NCBI RefSeq assembly: GCF_009914755.1
Contig: NC_060927.1
DNA from: the human T2T-CHM13v2.0 reference genome, Homo sapiens
DNA length: 64,000 nt
Reading direction: 5' to 3' (one strand)
This document shows positions 12,304 to 26,742 of the stretch, one piece after another (positions within the stretch are counted from its first letter, which is position 1; every line of letters begins with the position of its first letter). The notes below the pieces were generated by a model. That model saw only the letters and a list, made by a program, of their open reading frames with translations, ran no database searches and was not told the DNA's origin. A program made the position numbers and the translations under genes.

Positions 12304-14968
12304 TCCCCCAGAATGAGCACATTTCATGATATTCTCTTATGGGGGAAAATGTACCATTTGATGCATCAGTTGCTATGGTAACTGCTAGGGTTTTTCTGTT
12401 GAAGGAGAGACAAAATGGTAATGTGAGATCCCTTTGTAACTTGAGTTTGGCATCCAGTCTGCATAAATGTGGAGTTCCTGTTCCTGGCGTCCACGTGCTC
12501 CTTTCATTACCTCCTGCTTGCTTGATTGCAGACTGACCAGGGTCTTGCTGTTCACCCTCAAAAACACGAAGGGGGGAAGAAAAAAGCCACCACTAGAAAC
12601 TGAAAATCTAAGCAAGTCACTCTAGCTCCAAGTGGAATCGTGGTACACAGGCTCCAGTTGAGACCCCCTTAAGAGATGTGTGTTTGTTGACTGGTCACAA
12701 CCATACTGCCTTTCACTTGACCACTCAACCCTATGCTCTTTCAGATTCCCGTTGCGATGGCTACGTTGGCTGTCTTCCCTGGCTGCGGCTTACGGGTCTC
12801 AGCCCAGCCATCTAGCGCTCAAACAATGTTCTCACAGTGCCAAAGGGGATCCAGTCAGAGACTCAGGATGGTCAGCTGCCAATCACTCCCGTTGCTGGAA
12901 CTCAAAGTCTGTGTCATACTGAAAGAAAATCAAATAGATGCATTATGATATTTAAAAAGGGAAATCATATTTAATCTATCATATTCAACATGGAGACAAC
13001 CTTTTCTTTCTCTCAATTCTTTCTTCATAGGCTTTCTTGAATGTAGCTTTCAAACTTGTACTTCTCTTATGAAGTCAGCCTTTTAAATCACTGCGTTCCC
13101 AGTGACTTCTTCAGAGAGTGCTGATGTGTTTATACTGGTGCCTGAGACTGGAATACCAGTAAAGTTGTATCTTGTTTCCAGAATGGGGTATTCCAAGTCA
13201 TTAAAGCATCTTGCACCGAAACTTTCTTCCCCACCTGTGAGCAGTTTATTTAAAAAGTACTTAAAATATCACCAGTAACTTACCCATTTGAAGCACTCTT
13301 GGAATTTTGAATTTACAGTCAGTCCAGTGGGAAATGAGTTTCATGAGCTGATAGAAGTTACCCTCCTTTGCTGAACTATGAAGAGAGGCATATTTGTGGG
13401 TGGAATGGAGAGAGGAAATTTGGGATTTTTTTGTTTTCTGCACATTCATTTAAAAATCAGTCCCCTCCCGTCTCCCCTGTTTATCCCATCCCAATCTGTC
13501 CCTGGAATCTTTAATTAGCAGCATGAATTAACAGAGTAGATAAACCCTTTCTGGGACTTTCCATGGTTTTGATGATTGACAGGAGCCAAGAGTTTCCTGC
13601 CTATCTCCTTTCCTCCTTGGTCCCCCACTTCTCCCAGGGTGCCTCACGTTTCCCAGGGTCCCTGCTTCAGTCTGCTCCCTCCCATCTTGTTTTGCAAATG
13701 CCTCACTTGAAATCTCCAGACCTATTCTCAGAGCTTATTAACAAATCATTTTAAATTCTTCTGACTCATGGTTCAGTTGCAGGTCTCTTCAAAAGAACTC
13801 TGGAGTCTCTGTTTTAGAGACCTGCTAGATTTCAACACCTTTCCTCTCGGCCAGACTTCTTCTCCCTCACCTCTCTTCATGACGTACCAGAGGAACTCCG
13901 TGACTTGCTACTTTGATTCCGGAAAGGAGTCCAGGGAAAATTTATACAGCCTTTGACTTTTAGAACCTTCAGATTAGGAGGTGGTCTTGGGGCCCCTTAG
14001 GAGTGCGGGTGAAAGTGTAGAGCTGAGAATGCAGAACGCATGCTGCCTCTGGTTACTGGCTTGCCAGTATCCCCCAGTATTACTGAACAATGGAGGTTTT
14101 TTTGGTTAGAGTAATAACAAAGAGTTACTATATCCCTGTTCAGGACTCTTTGATATTTATATTTTTAAAAAATTTTATTACAGAAAGGTTGAAATGTATA
14201 TAAAAGGAGTCAGAAAGGTTTTGAAACCCCTCATTCATAACTCTGCTTCAACAGCAACTGTCAGCTCATGCCCACTCTTGTCTCACTTATATCCCTCGCT
14301 GCTTCCCCTTCTCTCCTGTATTGTTTTAAAGAAGATTCCAGACAAAATGCCATTTTACCTATGTTGGGTTTTTTTTATATATTTGATATCTGCCACTCAT
14401 GCCACTAATTTATTTCCTATAGCATTATGAGGTTTTTGTTGTTGTTTTGGTTTGTCTTTTGTTTTTTTAACCATTTGGCCCATCGACTATTTTTGTAAGA
14501 AAGGCTTACTCTTGGCTTATTGTATCATCTTATTCTATTACCCTGATATCTTAATATTTTTTCGGACCTTGGGAATAAACCTTGTGGTTGAAATAACATT
14601 TTTATATTGCTATGTGGAAGCTGACCTGTAAGCCTTTTCAATTTGTCTTAATTTTATCAACTTACCCCAAAGAGATTTTTGTTTGTTATTGTTAGTTGTC
14701 CTTCAAAATTACTGTTCTGTCTTATCATTGTGTGAGAGGGAACTTCAGTCAATATTTTAGATTGCTACCGTTTTTTAAAAAACATCTGGTTTTCTGAGAA
14801 AATATTGAAGTTAACTTCAGAGTTTCTAAATGCTTCCATGAATAATTTATTCTTTCGCCAAGTGAAACTGGGCCAATTATAACTGAGTACCCCTGTGTGT
14901 TTTGAATATTCGTCCCTCGGTGATGCATTAAATGCAGAAGCTGATTTTATTATCCTGTTTGAATTAAG

Positions 14969-15101
14969 GGTGAGGCGCTCAGGCAAGTTCTGGTCAACCG
15001 TTACTATGGAAACGTCAGACCTTCGGGACGAAGAGAGAGCCTTACCAGCTTTGGCAATGGCCCACTGTCAGCAGGAGGACCCGGCAAGCCCGGGGGAGGA
15101 G
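14969..15101 (+). CDS. ITPR1: ITPR1 exon [44 protein letters not shown] (contains the PKA site RRES)
   Basis: attaag|GGTGAG...GGAGGAG|gtacgc. 133 nt = 44 codons + 1; frame continues into 17045. Confidence 0.97.
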
Positions 15102-17044
15102 GTACGCTTTGTGGTGTAATTACCTTCGTGTGTGAATCAAGTGTGTTCTGTGATAGCTGCATGTTTCCTCCTAACAGGTTGAAATGCTCACAACAGATGA
15201 ATTTGTGTTGCAGGTGTATTTTTTAGCAACTTGTTTTGTCTTTGGTCTACCATCAAATTGATGCCTAAACATATTTTCCTGCAAACTAGCATTTCCCTGC
15301 AACTAGATGGTGGCTAAGCCTTTTGCTCCTCCTTCCCATGCAGTGACCATCTTGGTGATGGTTGAATGATTTGAGGGATTTGATTTTATTGCACTTCGTC
15401 CCGTGGTTGTTAGGACTCTTGTCTTTCCGTAAAATAATGAGGATATTGGCACCCAGGATAGTGAAAGCTGCCATTTATTATACATTTACTGAATGCCAGG
15501 GGCTTTCCTAAGTGCATTGCATTCTTTGTCTCATTTTCTCCTCCCAGCTACTCATTATATGATAGGTACAGTCTATCCCAGTTCCACAGAGGAAATGGAA
15601 GCTTGTTAGTGGCTGGTCTGTAATTTCAGCCTGGTATATCTAATTCTAATGCCCATGCTGTGTACATCCACAAACTCCTATGGGAGTTTACAAAAAAACA
15701 TCCCTGTACAGAAGTGCTTACTTTAAATCAGTTTAAGCACAATTACAGGTAAAAGATACAAAAACATGGAACTCAAAGGTGGGTCTTACCTAGTTTGTGT
15801 TTTTAGGCAGTGCTCAAAGCACAGATGTGAGTTGCCTGATTTCCTGTCTTATGGTGATGACTGTGGGGCAGCTTCAGATCCTTGGTGGGTTCCATGTATA
15901 GCACAGAAATACTCAGTGTACGCTTAATTTGTCCTAGCACATGCTAAGGAGGAAGCCTGGACTTCTCACTAAATGAAAACTGGAAGCATAGCTGCCCAGT
16001 TCATGGAGCTATGCTGGCTTCAGTGAAGATGCAGTTCTCAAGGCATCCTAGAGATGAGAACTTGGCCTTTCAAATCCAAAAATCAATGCAGAGGTTCTTC
16101 ACATAATCTCTCAAAACCATTCTCTTTACTTTCTGTAGTGAGGTCATTTAACAATTATGTGAAGCCCTTGGGGAGGCATCATGACAGGGATTTGGAAATG
16201 CAAGACAGACTCTGCTCTGAGAAGCTGTAGCAGAGAGAATGTGCAACCCAATTTCTACCTTGTGCTATAGATATAAGGACAAGTCAAGGACAAGCAGCAT
16301 AAAGGAGGTGACATTGGAATTGAGTTCTGCACGAAAGGACAGATAGACAATTTTCTGCCTTTTGAAGCTGATCAGCCCATTTCTCCATGTGCGTTCATGG
16401 TTTAGTTATTGCCAATAGTAATACAAGGCAAGTCCTTAAATATGTACCTCCCAAACACAGTCAGAATCCATTCTAAATGGCATAGGTCCTCTCTTCTTAA
16501 GTATATTCATCTCCCCCATCCCCAGCTCTTGGCTCCACGCCAAGCAGTGAGCAAACATTTGTTGAATGAATAAACAGATAAATTATGTAAAAGAGTAAGT
16601 TGGGGGTTAGAGTAGGCTTGTTAAAAGGAGAGCTAAAGTGATCATTATAGGCTGAGCTTCCTTGAGAGTGTTCTAAGAAGTGTTTGACTTTGGTTTGTTT
16701 CTGAAACCAGTTCTGAACTCTGCCACAAGTAATTGTGTTTTAATGTAAGGGAGAGTCTTTGCTGGCTGGCTTTAGGTCCCTTGCTGGAAATGTATCATTC
16801 TTTTTTCATCTTACCTGTCTGAATTCAAACACCATCTCTGCTGCTGACAAGCTGGGTGTCCTTAGGGAAAGCACCTTCATCGCTCTGTGTTAATAATCAG
16901 TATTTTCCTTGTGGGATTAAAAGGGTTAAAAGAGATGAACATGGGTAAAGCATTTAGTGCATAAAGTGTTGGTGCGTAGTAAGTATGCAGCAAACATTAG
17001 CTGTTCTGATTGTGCTTAGTAAAAACAATATTCCATCTTCTTAG

Positions 17045-17235
17045 GGGGAGGTTCCGGATCCAGCTCTATGAGCAGGGGTGAGATGAGTCTGGCCGAGGTT
17101 CAGTGTCACCTTGACAAGGAGGGGGCTTCCAATCTAGTTATCGACCTCATCATGAACGCATCCAGTGACCGAGTGTTCCATGAAAGCATTCTCCTGGCCA
17201 TTGCCCTTCTGGAAGGAGGCAACACCACCATCCAG
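17045..17235 (+). CDS. ITPR1: ITPR1 exon (G)[36 protein letters not shown]...[10 protein letters not shown]
   Basis: cttag|GGGGAGGTTCC...ACCATCCAG|gtagga. 191 nt, phase 1-0; overlaps ORF 17068..17334. Confidence 0.97.
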
Positions 17236-19776
17236 GTAGGAAGGCAGCTTGGCTACTGGTATGGCATCCCTGCTGAGCAGGAGGAGAGTCTGTTCTGGGA
17301 GCCAGATGTCTGGGTGGTACCAAGCCTTGTTTGAGAGACAGCTCATTCTGAGGGCACAAAATTCTGTTTTGAAAAATGAGTTCTGCTAGTATCCTGCTGT
17401 GATCATTTGGTCATAAATCAGACTTGGTTCCAGAACATGAGTTACATTTGAAAACTGATAAAACACTGAGAATACGCAAAGGAAACTGGCCTAAGATCTG
17501 GCACATAGTGGGCACTCCATAAATGTTTGTTGAATAAGTAAATGATTGCATGAAGTTTATTTACAGTTTTTATCCAAGATTGTAGGGGATCTCATCACAA
17601 GATGACCAAAAGAGTTTGAACTGTGTGTGCTATTTAGAAGATTTAACTTTTATGTATCTATAGATACCACAGCTGTTGCTTCTGATAAATTTACCTACCT
17701 TTTAACTGAAAGTTTAATAAAGCCAAATCAATTTGAAATACCAGAGATACCAGGCTATGTTAGTCAGAAATGAATAGATGACTTTTTGAAAGGTAGGTAT
17801 GATATATATTTAAAACTAATAATAAAAACTCAAATTCTATTTCTAGTTCACTTTTTATAGATGTCCTTAAAAAACAATTTTCATGATTTTTTCTTCCACA
17901 ACAGTCATCTTAGAACATGAATTTTAATAATACATAAATAACATAACTTTTATATATGATCCCTTTAAATATTTTTAATACCTCCTTTATGCACTCTTCC
18001 TTCTTTGTTAGCTCTCTGAATAAGAGTTTTTTTTTTTGGACGTGTATCTATGTACAGACTTGTGTACACATACACACACACATATGTTTTGATAAAAGCT
18101 TTATTGAGATATAATCCACATACTGTAAAATTCACCCTGATGTATATATTTGACCTGACATATTCTTGGCCTTGAACTGAAATTCGGAGTCTCGGTTAAT
18201 GAAGTCTTGGTTCTTTGTGCAACTTTGTAAAGGGCGTTTCTTCCTGTGAGTCAGTGTGCCCCCGGCCAGGGTGCCTGGCTTGGCAGGTGCAGCACAGGTG
18301 AGATTTCAGTCCCTGCCTGCTCCTCCAGCCAGCACCCTTGTGCCTTGGCACAACCTGTGCAGCCAACTGCGGTGGCCCTTTTCTTTCGCCTTCCAATCCC
18401 CGCTTCCCCCAACGTACACTTTTGAAGTTCATTGTCACGTGTTGCACCAGGTTGGGATTTGGGACAATGAGTGAGGCACCTGGGCCAGTGGCAAGGCCCA
18501 CTGCTTATCTAAGTTGTCACGTGGGCACGAGTCGTACACGTTGGGATTGCTTTTTATTTTGTCATGTGTGTGTGGGTGGGTCCTGCAGTCCTTCTCATCA
18601 ATGGAATGTTGCCCAGCCACTGCTGTGTTCTGGGCTCCTGTGTTGGGAGGAAGCAGAGCTGAAATGCTCCTTGTCTTAGAACCACATGATTTCCTGTGAT
18701 TAGAGCAGTTGAACTGAATAGTCATTGAGCCCTTTCTGCGTATGTGCTGCTATACCAGGGGCGATGATGGGGCAGTGGTTTCCAGACATGGGAGCCAGTT
18801 CGTCTGTGAGGATTTTCTCCAGGCATAGTCAAGTGTGGAAAATGAGGACAATGTGGTGAACTTTTCATAAACCAATGGATTCAGGTTGAAGACCTGGCCA
18901 TTTTTTTCTGAGATTATATCTCTCCAATCTTTATCCTTAGCCACAGTGTCTTCTTTAATGAAATGGTGTTGATTATGGATGATAGATTTTTTTTTTCTGT
19001 TGGCCAAATTAGAAGTTGGAAACCCTAGGTTGTTATTCCTTCCCTTCCCCAAATTTCAAAGCTTTACCAGTTTGAGAAATCCCAGAATCTCAGTCCTCAA
19101 GAAATTGAACCTCTAACAAGGATACGTGGATGTGCACATACGATGCTATGTCTCAAGGATGACATTTAGTGCCCTCCAAGAAGTAGAAGTGATGCCGGGG
19201 AACCACCAAGGAAGAAGGACCAGCATCTCTCTGGGGAGCCTGCAGACGGTCTGTGCATGAAATGGGCTTTCAAGGATGGACATGGGACTGAAAGGGGGAA
19301 ATTGGGCATGGACCTGGGGCATAAGGAATCTTTGTCATATTCCATGGTAGAGAGGGCCCAGAGGTGTGAGAGCAGCAGTTGGGTTTCCAGAACAGCGGTT
19401 GGGTCTTTCAGACCGAGGAGTGCTATGTAGAAGTGAAGGGCCTTGGATGGGGGTTGGGGTTCATATATAGGAGCAGTGCAGCCCTCCAAGGGGCTTTGGA
19501 GCTGTAACGGAGGACTATACACCTGGCAGTAGAGGACAGGTAAACTGAGGAAAGCAGGGTCCCAAGGAGGCAGTCTAAGAATTAAAAAGTTAATGGGCAG
19601 TAATTTGTGGAAGAGCTGATGAGAACCTGAACTTAAATCTCTGATAAAAGAGTTCATATCTTGGGAGAGGATATTTTCTCATAATGGCACAAGAGAGCTC
19701 TCTGGGTGCTGGAAACATATTCGACCTCTTTGTTTGGGTGGTGGTTACATGACTGTGCACATGTTTAAAACTCCGT

Positions 19777-20120
19777 GATCGTATCCTTTGCTGGGACACG
19801 GATGGAGCTGGAGACCATTATCCTTAGCAAAATAACACAGGAACAGAAAATCAAATACCGCATGTTCTCAGTTATAAGTGGGAGCTAAGTGACAGGAACA
19901 CATGGACACTTATAGGGGGAACGACACCCACTGGGGCTTTTCGGAAGGTGGAGGTCGGAAGGAGGGAGAGGATGGAAAAATAACTAATGGGTACTAGGTT
20001 TAATACCAGAGTGGTGAAGCAATCTATGTGATAAACCCCAGTGACACAAGCTTACCTATGTAACCTGCAATTGCAACCCTGAATTTAAAATAAAAGTTTA
20101 AAAAAGAAAAAAAACAACAA
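19777..20120 (+). mobile_element. Old L1PA-type 3' end inserted into an older L1M fragment (~19640-20190)
   Basis: ggagctggagaccattatccttagcaaaataacacaggaacagaaaatcaaataccgcatgttctc...aataaaagttaaaaaag; older L1M 3' sequence resumes after the tail. Confidence 0.85.
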
Positions 20121-21344
20121 CTCAGTAAGCCATATGCTTAAAATTAGTGTGCTTTACTGTACCTATGTTATATGTCAATCAACAAATAAAAGAAATGAGG
20201 GCAGGGAATGAGACTCTGAACCTTGCTGGGACTAAAGGGGTGGGGGTGAGGGACAGGATGTCACAAACAGAGACCCTGTCACTCCTTGCACCAGGCCCAG
20301 GCCTGGACCTGCTGATACTTGGTAAATGTTGGCTGAAATGGCGTCTGATTAGACGTGGAAGAGAAGTCAGAGGCCCCATTCGGTTCTGGGCTTGGCATCG
20401 GGATGACCAGGTGCACAAAGGCACCATTAATTAAGGACTAACAATGAAGTATAGTGGCTGGTGGGGCTGAGGGCCGCCAGCACTGAGGCTCCTGGGGAGA
20501 CGATGTCTGTGGCTCTGGTGAGATGCCATGTTTTTCACGGAGCACCCTGATGGTGACGGCCAGGCACACAGAAGCTGTTTTTCCTTCAAGTTCTTTATCT
20601 TGTAAGGTCATTATGAATATTAGTTTCATGGTTTCACACATTTATTACTCATACACCCAGGCTGTAGATGAAATGCCATGATGGAGTTACCGCAGTTCAG
20701 CCACGTGTGGAGCAGGGATGTTTTCTCTTGGGGGAACGCAGGGGTGGTGTGGGGGCCTGTGGATCCATGCCAGGATGGAAGGGTGCGGGTGTGGCCGCAC
20801 GCACATGCTGTTTTCTCCTCCCCGCTTCTGTGACCCCTGGGGGGCCCAGTCTAACCCAGTGTCTCACAGGAGGCCGATGGTTCCAGGAAAATGCCTTCTA
20901 GCCTAGACTTGACTTGTCAGAGCCCCTTGGCCCCAAGCTTCTCTTTCTCTGGAGAAAATGATGTGGAACTAGGGTTGTGTCTGGGGCCAGTTAAGGACAG
21001 GAACCTTGAAGCCCCAGGGGGAGTGATTCAGAGTTTCGTCTTGCTGTTGAGAAGTTGGTTCAGAGTAGTAAGTGGCCAGCTGGGAAGTGAGCCTGACTTG
21101 GGCTAAGACCACAGTGTGGCAATTAATGATTGCTGAGATGCTTTGCTCCACTGAAGACATGGTGGGTTCTTGCCGGAGCTGGTGGAGCACGGTCACTTCC
21201 TGTTCGGTGCACCATGGAGGGTCTCAGGAAGGGAAATGGGTCTGTGGTCAGCTGGCCTTCTTGAGATCCATGTTTCCTGATGACAGGTGGTAGAAAGGGG
21301 AGTTGCAGGGAAGCAGGCAGGCCTACACAGTTCCAGAAATGTAT

Positions 21345-21412
21345 ACAGTCTGCCCTCTGTGTTTGTCGGTTCTGCATCTGTGGATTCAACCAACTGCAGA
21401 TTTAAAATATTT
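21345..21412. mobile_element. TcMar-Tigger family terminal fragment (MER2/MER46-like)
   Basis: cagtctgccctctgtg...tctgcatctgtggattcaaccaactgcagat resembles the Tigger-derived terminal consensus. Confidence 0.6.
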
Positions 21413-21539
21413 AGGGAACGCTGGGCACAGTGGCTCAAGGAAACAGAAACTCAAGGAGGTTATGACTTACTCAGAGTTCCAGAGCTGGACAAAACCCATG
21501 ATAAAATATCCTGTACCTCTTGTCCGTCCCACCTCCACC

Positions 21540-22070
21540 TGTAGTTACCTGTCACTGAATAACCACCTAAAAATTTAATAGCCTAAAGCAATGGCCATTT
21601 TGGTGCCTAGCATGATTCTGTGAGCTTGGGCTCAGCTGGGTGGTTCTTTTGCTCTGTGTGATCTTGGCTGGGTCTGCAACCATCAGGGGGTTGACTGGTC
21701 TTAGAACAGCTTACGTGGTCACTCATATGACTGTGGCCATTGGTGCTGGTCCTTTGCTGAGAGCTCAGCTGGGGGTACTGCCTGGAGTGCCTTGGTTCTC
21801 TGTGTGGTTTGGGCTTCTTAGAACATGGTGACTGGGTTCTGAGAAACAGTGTTTCAAGAAGCAGGAAGTGGAAGCTACTAGCCTTTTCAAAGCCTGGGTT
21901 TAGAATTCCTAGAATATCACTTCTATCACATTCTATTGGTCAAAGCCAGACATGAGGCCAGCCCCATTTCAAAGGCGGGGAGAAAAACTCCACCTCTTAT
22001 TGTGAGGAGGGTACATGTATAAAAAGAGAGAATTGTTGGGGACCACCTTTGGGGACTGGCTTCCTCACCA
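21540..22070 (-). mobile_element. MLT1 (MaLR) LTR remnant
   Basis: ggctcagctgggtggttc...cattctattggtcaaagc...ctccacctcttattg, typical MLT1 motifs. Confidence 0.7.
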
Positions 22071-24517
22071 CCACCCCCATTATAATCGATTGAGCACCTA
22101 CCATGGGTCAGCCAGGCCCCCAAGCTGGATGCTACAGCTGCAGGAAAGGGAGACACCATTGTCTCTGCAGTTGAGGAGTTTGGATCTCCCTGGATACTAA
22201 ATCCCTTCTTTGCAAAAGTGTTGACTCTTGTCTTTCTCCTTTTGGATGTTGTAAGAAAATTCAGTCCTGCCTTAGGATAAGCTCACTGGGAATCACAGCA
22301 CTCCAGAAATTCTAGATTTCATTGTCCAGACCCTAGAGGATTCAATTTATGGGAATCCACAAATAATGACATACAGTGCTTGCTAGGCACTCTCATGGAG
22401 GGTTTGCTCCCTTATTATGAAACCCTGTCATCCATCACATCATCACCTAAAGCCCTGAAATGCCTGGAAGCCAAATACAGGTTACTTCCCAGTCTGGCAT
22501 AATGGACTCCCAGGGGTGGTGTCCCCAGGTCTCCCAGCATCTTTTCTTCCTGCCCCGGCTCCTGCAATGGTGATAACATCTGAGGGTAGATCGTGACTCC
22601 CAGACTTCTCCTACCTGGCTGCCATCAGAGCAGGCTTCACATTGAACCCTCCGCTTATGGGAACAAGGAGACAGTACCACAGCCCGTGGATTTTCCAGAA
22701 ATGGGTGACACGTTGTCAGGTGATAGGATCACGCTTGTCTTGAAGAGAACTTCCGGCTTTCTTTCTCCCCACTCTGGTGCCACCCGCTTCCTGTCAGCCC
22801 CCAGAAGAAATATTTCCTTGTGGCTTGATGTTTTGTAGCAAGTGGGAAACTATAAAATAAGCATTTGCTTATGAATTAATTTTTGGCACACATGGGGCTC
22901 AGCAGGGCTCACGGCACTTTCATATCCGTCCTTCGAGTCCTTGCCAATTTCTATGTTCCTTCCTCCTAAGATGTTCCCACCAGCGCCTGGGGGAAGTTCC
23001 CTTCGCTTCCTCTTCCTTACAGAAGGACAGGGGCTGTCCGTACCTGGAATGAAGAGGAGGACAGGCTATCTTTGGACATACCTCGTTTTTTATTTTTGTT
23101 TTTTTTAAGCCAATACAGATGTTTTGGGATATATATGCTGACATGACCATAGAGAACCTCCTAGCACATTATGGGGATAGATAGTTAAACATTTTTTTGG
23201 ACTAATTGCTTCTGGTTTCAGAAGCACTGGGAATTTCATGTATCAAATGGCTGCCCACGTCTATTCCTATGCCAAAGTCTAGTCTACAGACACACCCGAA
23301 AAGGGTTTTCTTTTCTGCACGTAAGCAGCTAGAGATGGAAAATGTGAGAAGTGCTCCGTCAGGAAACTGGCCTGCAAATTCAGCAGAGAGAGTGATCCCT
23401 GGTTCATGAGGCCTTTCCTACACCACACTCTTTTTTTTTTTTGAGGTTGGCTTAAGAAATCAGCCCAAGAACAAGTGTTAGATAGGAAATCTCACATCCC
23501 TTCCGGAAGTCACCAACACAGTGTGGGAGGGACACGTTGGTTGGGCTATCTCTGACCCCAGTTAGCAAAGAGATGAGGGCGGAAAGGGCAATTTGATTTG
23601 CCTCTGCTGGAAATGGAAGGCCAGTTTGTGAGGAAGATCAGCCTTGGTTTGACAGGGCAGTCACCCTGAGGAGGAGGAAAAGATTGGTGTGTGAGCAAGT
23701 TACGTAAATGGGTGTTGTTTTTGGCAGGGAAGTCAGGAATGAGTCACTTCTGAGCGGTGTTTTCTAACCTCAGGTTTTATCCATGTGGGAAAGGAGTGAA
23801 GCCAGCAGTGGAGTCAGGGCAGCTCTCCTCCTGCACGTGGGGGTTCGAGAGCTGTTGGCATTAAAGAAAGAGGGAGGCAGTGACTTGTCCCCAGCAGGCG
23901 TCCCCAGAGACACTGCCCTTCTGCGGAAGCTGTGAGGGGTCAGCAAAGCCACCCCAGGTTGGCTCAAGGACCAGCTTGGCTCCTTTGAGAAATGGTGGCG
24001 TAAAGGTTAGGGACTCAGGGAGGACCCCCTGGAAGGAGAGAGCCTATCAACTGCGGGCCTCCAGACCACAATATTTGTGCTGGAATTCCAGCTCTGCCCC
24101 TGCCAGCCTTCAGTGACCTTGGGGTTTGTCAGGGCCACTTTGAAACTCAGTTTCCTCATCTACAAAATGAGGGTTGGAAAAGCCTAGTCCCTTCCTTATG
24201 GAGTTACGAAGAACATGAGGGTAAAGTGTGTGGTCCGGTAGACATGTGGAGCTGCTGCCAGGGCTGCTGATTCTGTGGTGTGGGTACAGCCTGGGCTCAA
24301 GCCCTGCCTCCTATATGCCCACCTCAGGACTCCTGGCGAAGTCCACCTCACTCATCCCACTGGTTCCTGACTTGGAGAATAGGATGGTGACGGTTCCCAC
24401 CTCAGAGAACTCCTGAGATGTTTTCACAGACTATTTATAGAAAGCACCTCACGTGGCATCTGGCCAATACAAAGATCTCAAGATGATGTGGTTCTTATTT
24501 TTATTTGTTCATATATA

Positions 24518-24640
24518 TTTTTAAGAGATAGGGTCTTGCTATGTTGCTGAGGCTAGACTTGAACTCCTGGGCTCAAGCATTCCTCCTCCCTCAGCCTCCT
24601 GAGTAGCTGGGACTATAGGTGCGGACCACCATGCTCGGTT
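24518..24640 (-). mobile_element. Alu monomer (FLAM-like)
   Basis: gagatagggtcttgctatgttg...ctgggactataggtgcggaccaccatgctcgg; single arm. Confidence 0.85.
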
Positions 24641-24886
24641 CTAATTAATAATATTTTTATTTATTTTAAATACATGCTGTATTTTGTGAAATGTGTTTTC
24701 TGTCTAAAATCCTACTTCTGATATTTTCTATTTTTGCATAGTGGTTTATCATCCAGCAGGCCTGGGGGACGCTCTGTCTTATGTTATTTTCACACTCAAT
24801 TGACCCAAGTCCTTCTGACTGTATATTAAAAATGATTTTAGAACTCCAGGACATTGGGAAATTTCATTGCCTTGGGTACAGGTTAT

Positions 24887-24933
24887 TTAGGTTGGTGCAA
24901 AAGTAATTGCGGTTTTTGCCACTAATAGTAATG
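24887..24933. mobile_element. Partial MADE1 (Hsmar1-derived MITE), one arm only
   Basis: ttaggttggtgcaaaagtaattgcggtttttgcca matches the MADE1 TIR. Confidence 0.9.
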
Positions 24934-25662
24934 AGAGACATTCTGGGATGAAGCAGAAAGAAAAACAGCAATCTAGTCACTTCTTTGTGGTTTGAAGTGC
25001 TCCCTGGCCCAGGCCATTGTCTTGTCTGTCCTTTTTTCCTTTCCTTTCTTTCCCTCCTTCTCTTCCTTTCCTCCTACTTTATCTGCCTTTGACCTGAACA
25101 CCTCACACCCTTCTTCACCATTCCCAGGAAACTGGACTGTTATTGAACAGGAGTCCTTGAGGATTATTGGTCTAAATCCAGGTCTTAAGGAGGAAGCTCA
25201 AAATTCAAAAGTCGTTACATTCTTAGGCATATCAGACTTGAGTGAGCCCTCCTGCAGAAGAAGATGGCAGTTCCCACAACTCTGCCCTGGTCATCCTTAG
25301 CGCAGCTCTCTGAGTGACGGCAGACAGTAGGTAATGCATGCACCTACTGGCATTCAGTTTCCCAGTTCGGGGCAAGAAATTACTGCAAGACTTGTCAGCA
25401 TCATTCATCTGTGAGTCCCTCCAGGTTAGTGATAAGAGGCACAATCCCTTTGAGGTGGTCCCAGGGGAGAATGTGCATCCTGGTTCATGCTTCCAGAGGA
25501 GCTGGAGACCCAGCGTGATTTTTCTTATTTCCTGAGTAGCAGAGCCAACAATATGGGCAGAAGTGGACAGTTACATACATCTGCTTGTCTGGCCTTCCAT
25601 GAGAGGACTACAGTTGTTGAGGGGGAAGGGGGAGGGGAAGAACTTTGGAAGCAGAATGTTAA

Positions 25663-26016
<354 letters not shown>

Positions 26017-26319
26017 AGGAATTTGTTTCTAAGAGGAGATGTCTTCAGAGAGAACCTCAGGTTTTCCACAGTCTCCAAAATTTTACTAAAAGTGCAGAGA
26101 AAAATGACAGAGAAGACCTGGAAATTTTTGTAAAGTGAGGCATCAATTCATTTTATCCCACTGAATCCTCAACAGGTCCAGATATTCCTTATTTCTTTCT
26201 CTTCCTTCTGGTCTAGCAAGAGGTCTGTGCTCTTCCTGACTTTCTTTAGTGACTTCCGAGTGTGAGATGCCTCTTGGGAACTGCCAGGCAGAGGATTGGT
26301 CAGTCTTCCTCTGGAGGTT

Positions 26320-26541
26320 CAGGGATTAGTAAATGGTAGCCCACGGGAAAAATCCAGACAGCTGCCTGTGTTTGTAGATAAAGTTTTATTGGTGCATAGC
26401 TGCAGTTTTTCCTTTGGGATTGTCCTAACTGCTTTCCTGCTTCAGGGGCAGAGTTGAGTAGTTGTGACAGATAGCTGCAATGACCCTCAGCGTGTGAAAT
26501 GTTTACCATTTGGCCCTTTGGAAAAATGTTTGCTGACCCTA
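26320..26541. mobile_element. MER58A (hAT-Charlie MITE)
   Basis: caggg...aaagttttattgg...gcagagttgagtagttgtgacaga...tttgctgaccct matches MER58 motifs. Confidence 0.8.
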
Positions 26542-26742
26542 GGGTTTGTTTAATCTTTACTATGTAGATGTTAAACTGCCTAAGGGAAAGAACCACAGTA
26601 TTTCCCCTTTGTTCTGTGCTCCTCAACCCCTGGTATGGCAATTTTTAAGTAAATATTCACCAGATGAGCAATATCCTAAGTCCCAAGATATGTTGGCCAC
26701 TTACTCAGCTAATAAATGGGAATTCAGGGAAACAGGCTGGGG

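Noticed and set aside
18430-18525. Two GTCACGTG E-boxes about 80 bp apart
   Set aside because: CACGTG is frequent across this window and neither site is a full GTCACGTGAC palindrome; insufficient support.
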